A stretch of 64,000 bases of DNA from Armatimonadota bacterium (GTDB taxonomy: Bacteria; Armatimonadota; HRBIN16), in NCBI GenBank assembly GCA_963677485.1, contig OY781964.1:1088001-1152000 (forward strand). Direction: 5' to 3'. The translations under genes were made by a program, and so were the position numbers. Of the stretch, positions 63,062-64,000 are shown in pieces (positions within the stretch are counted from its first letter, which is position 1; each line of letters begins with the position of its first letter). The notes beneath the pieces are model-generated. The model searched no databases, was not told the DNA's origin, and saw only the letters and a program-made list of their open reading frames with translations.

Positions 63062-64000
63062 TGACAATGAAACTGGCTGCATTGATAGGTGTCGCTTGCT
63101 TATCATCGGCACCCTTATTTGCGCAAACAGCACTCTCCGTGAGAGCGGTCGCCAACCGACCCTCGCTGCTGTTCACCGAAGGCGAGCAGCTGAGGGTATC
63201 CGCCCGCGTGGAGGGTGGCGATGGGGCCGCTCTGGTCGATTATGCTGTGCAGGAAACAGCGGGTGCTTTGAGCCTCAAAGGAAGCATCACCGTCAAGCGC
63301 AAGGGCAGCGAAGCTGCCTCGGTCGCACTCCCTCTAGCCATCTCGGCGCGCGGCCACTACACGCTGAAACTCACCGCCCGCTGCGGCCAGCAAACCGCAG
63401 AGCACAATACGACGCTGGCGATTGTGATGAAGCCGCTGCCCACGGACATCAACTCGCCTTGGGGCATGTTTTGGATACCCACTGGAGCACCTGGCTCATC
63501 GCCAGACAAGGTCCCCACTGAGATGGCCCAGAACATGCGCATGCTGGGTGCCTCCTGGGTGCGGTTCAACTTCTGGGAGAGCGTGTATAAAGCCTCGGGG
63601 GAGCGCGGAAAAGTCTGGCTGGACATCCGCGATATGAAGCGGCAGGCCGCCGCGTTCCACAAAGCGGGGCTGCACATCTACGGTGAGTTTGCGCAGATGC
63701 CCAAAGCTCTCTCCTCCTCAACCAGCACCGCCGAAACAGGCGATGCCGGCCCGTTCTACAGCCGCGTGAAACCCAAGGACTACTCCCTGTGGGACCAGAT
63801 GGTGGAGCAGATCGCCCGCGAGTTCAGGAACGAAATCGGCGTGTGGGAAGTCTGGAACGAGGTCGATATGACCAATATCTACTGGTCAGGAACTCCAGAG
63901 GAGTATGTCGATCTGGTGGAACACACCGCCCGCGCCATCAAGAAAGGCAACCCGAACGCGCTGGTCGCCGCAGGCGGATTCACCTCCATGGCACTGGTCA
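63061..64000 (+). CDS. secreted clan GH-A glycoside hydrolase (GH39/GH5-like), truncated by the window end
   Basis: Open frame from ATG 63061 (MTMKLAALIG..), not listed in the ORF track; LGASWVR, WEVWNE. Confidence 0.8.
   Translation, partial: MTMKLAALIGVACLSSAPLFAQTALSVRAVANRPSLLFTEGEQLRVSARVEGGDGAALVDYAVQETAGALSLKGSITVKRKGSEAASVALPLAISARGHYTLKLTARCGQQTAEHNTTLAIVMKPLPTDINSPWGMFWIPTGAPGSSPDKVPTEMAQNMRMLGASWVRFNFWESVYKASGERGKVWLDIRDMKRQAAAFHKAGLHIYGEFAQMPKALSSSTSTAETGDAGPFYSRVKPKDYSLWDQMVEQIAREFRNEIGVWEVWNEVDMTNIYWSGTPEEYVDLVEHTARAIKKGNPNALVAAGGFTSMALV

Overview
Bacterial chromosomal DNA, probably Armatimonadota-like (inferred from a PEP-CTERM protein, prepilin/'FADGH' proteins and several UroD-like, GH and sulfatase genes). 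Housekeeping and metabolic genes include uxaE plus an SDR, hemH, cydAB, nfnAB, a split feoB with feoA, eno, cobO behind a cobalamin riboswitch, an alpha-2-macroglobulin/VanW operon and two carbohydrate-catabolism clusters. The most notable content is non-coding. Intergenic regions hold several families of REP-like hairpins and short-period repeats, including a tandem array of ~470-bp composite units (11435-15192). An 1815-bp IS110 element (12548-14362) sits at a precise site in one unit; its transposase has a premature stop and its left end is a candidate bridge RNA. A 145-bp non-autonomous element with the same ends (38180-38324) sits at the same site in another repeat copy, and an empty copy of that site lies near 59310. 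An AT-rich small-gene plus HD-dNTPase cassette, frameshifted and bracketed by a 59-bp direct repeat, lies at the left edge. No rRNA, tRNA or CRISPR array was seen. All calls come from motif recognition by eye; no searches were run.
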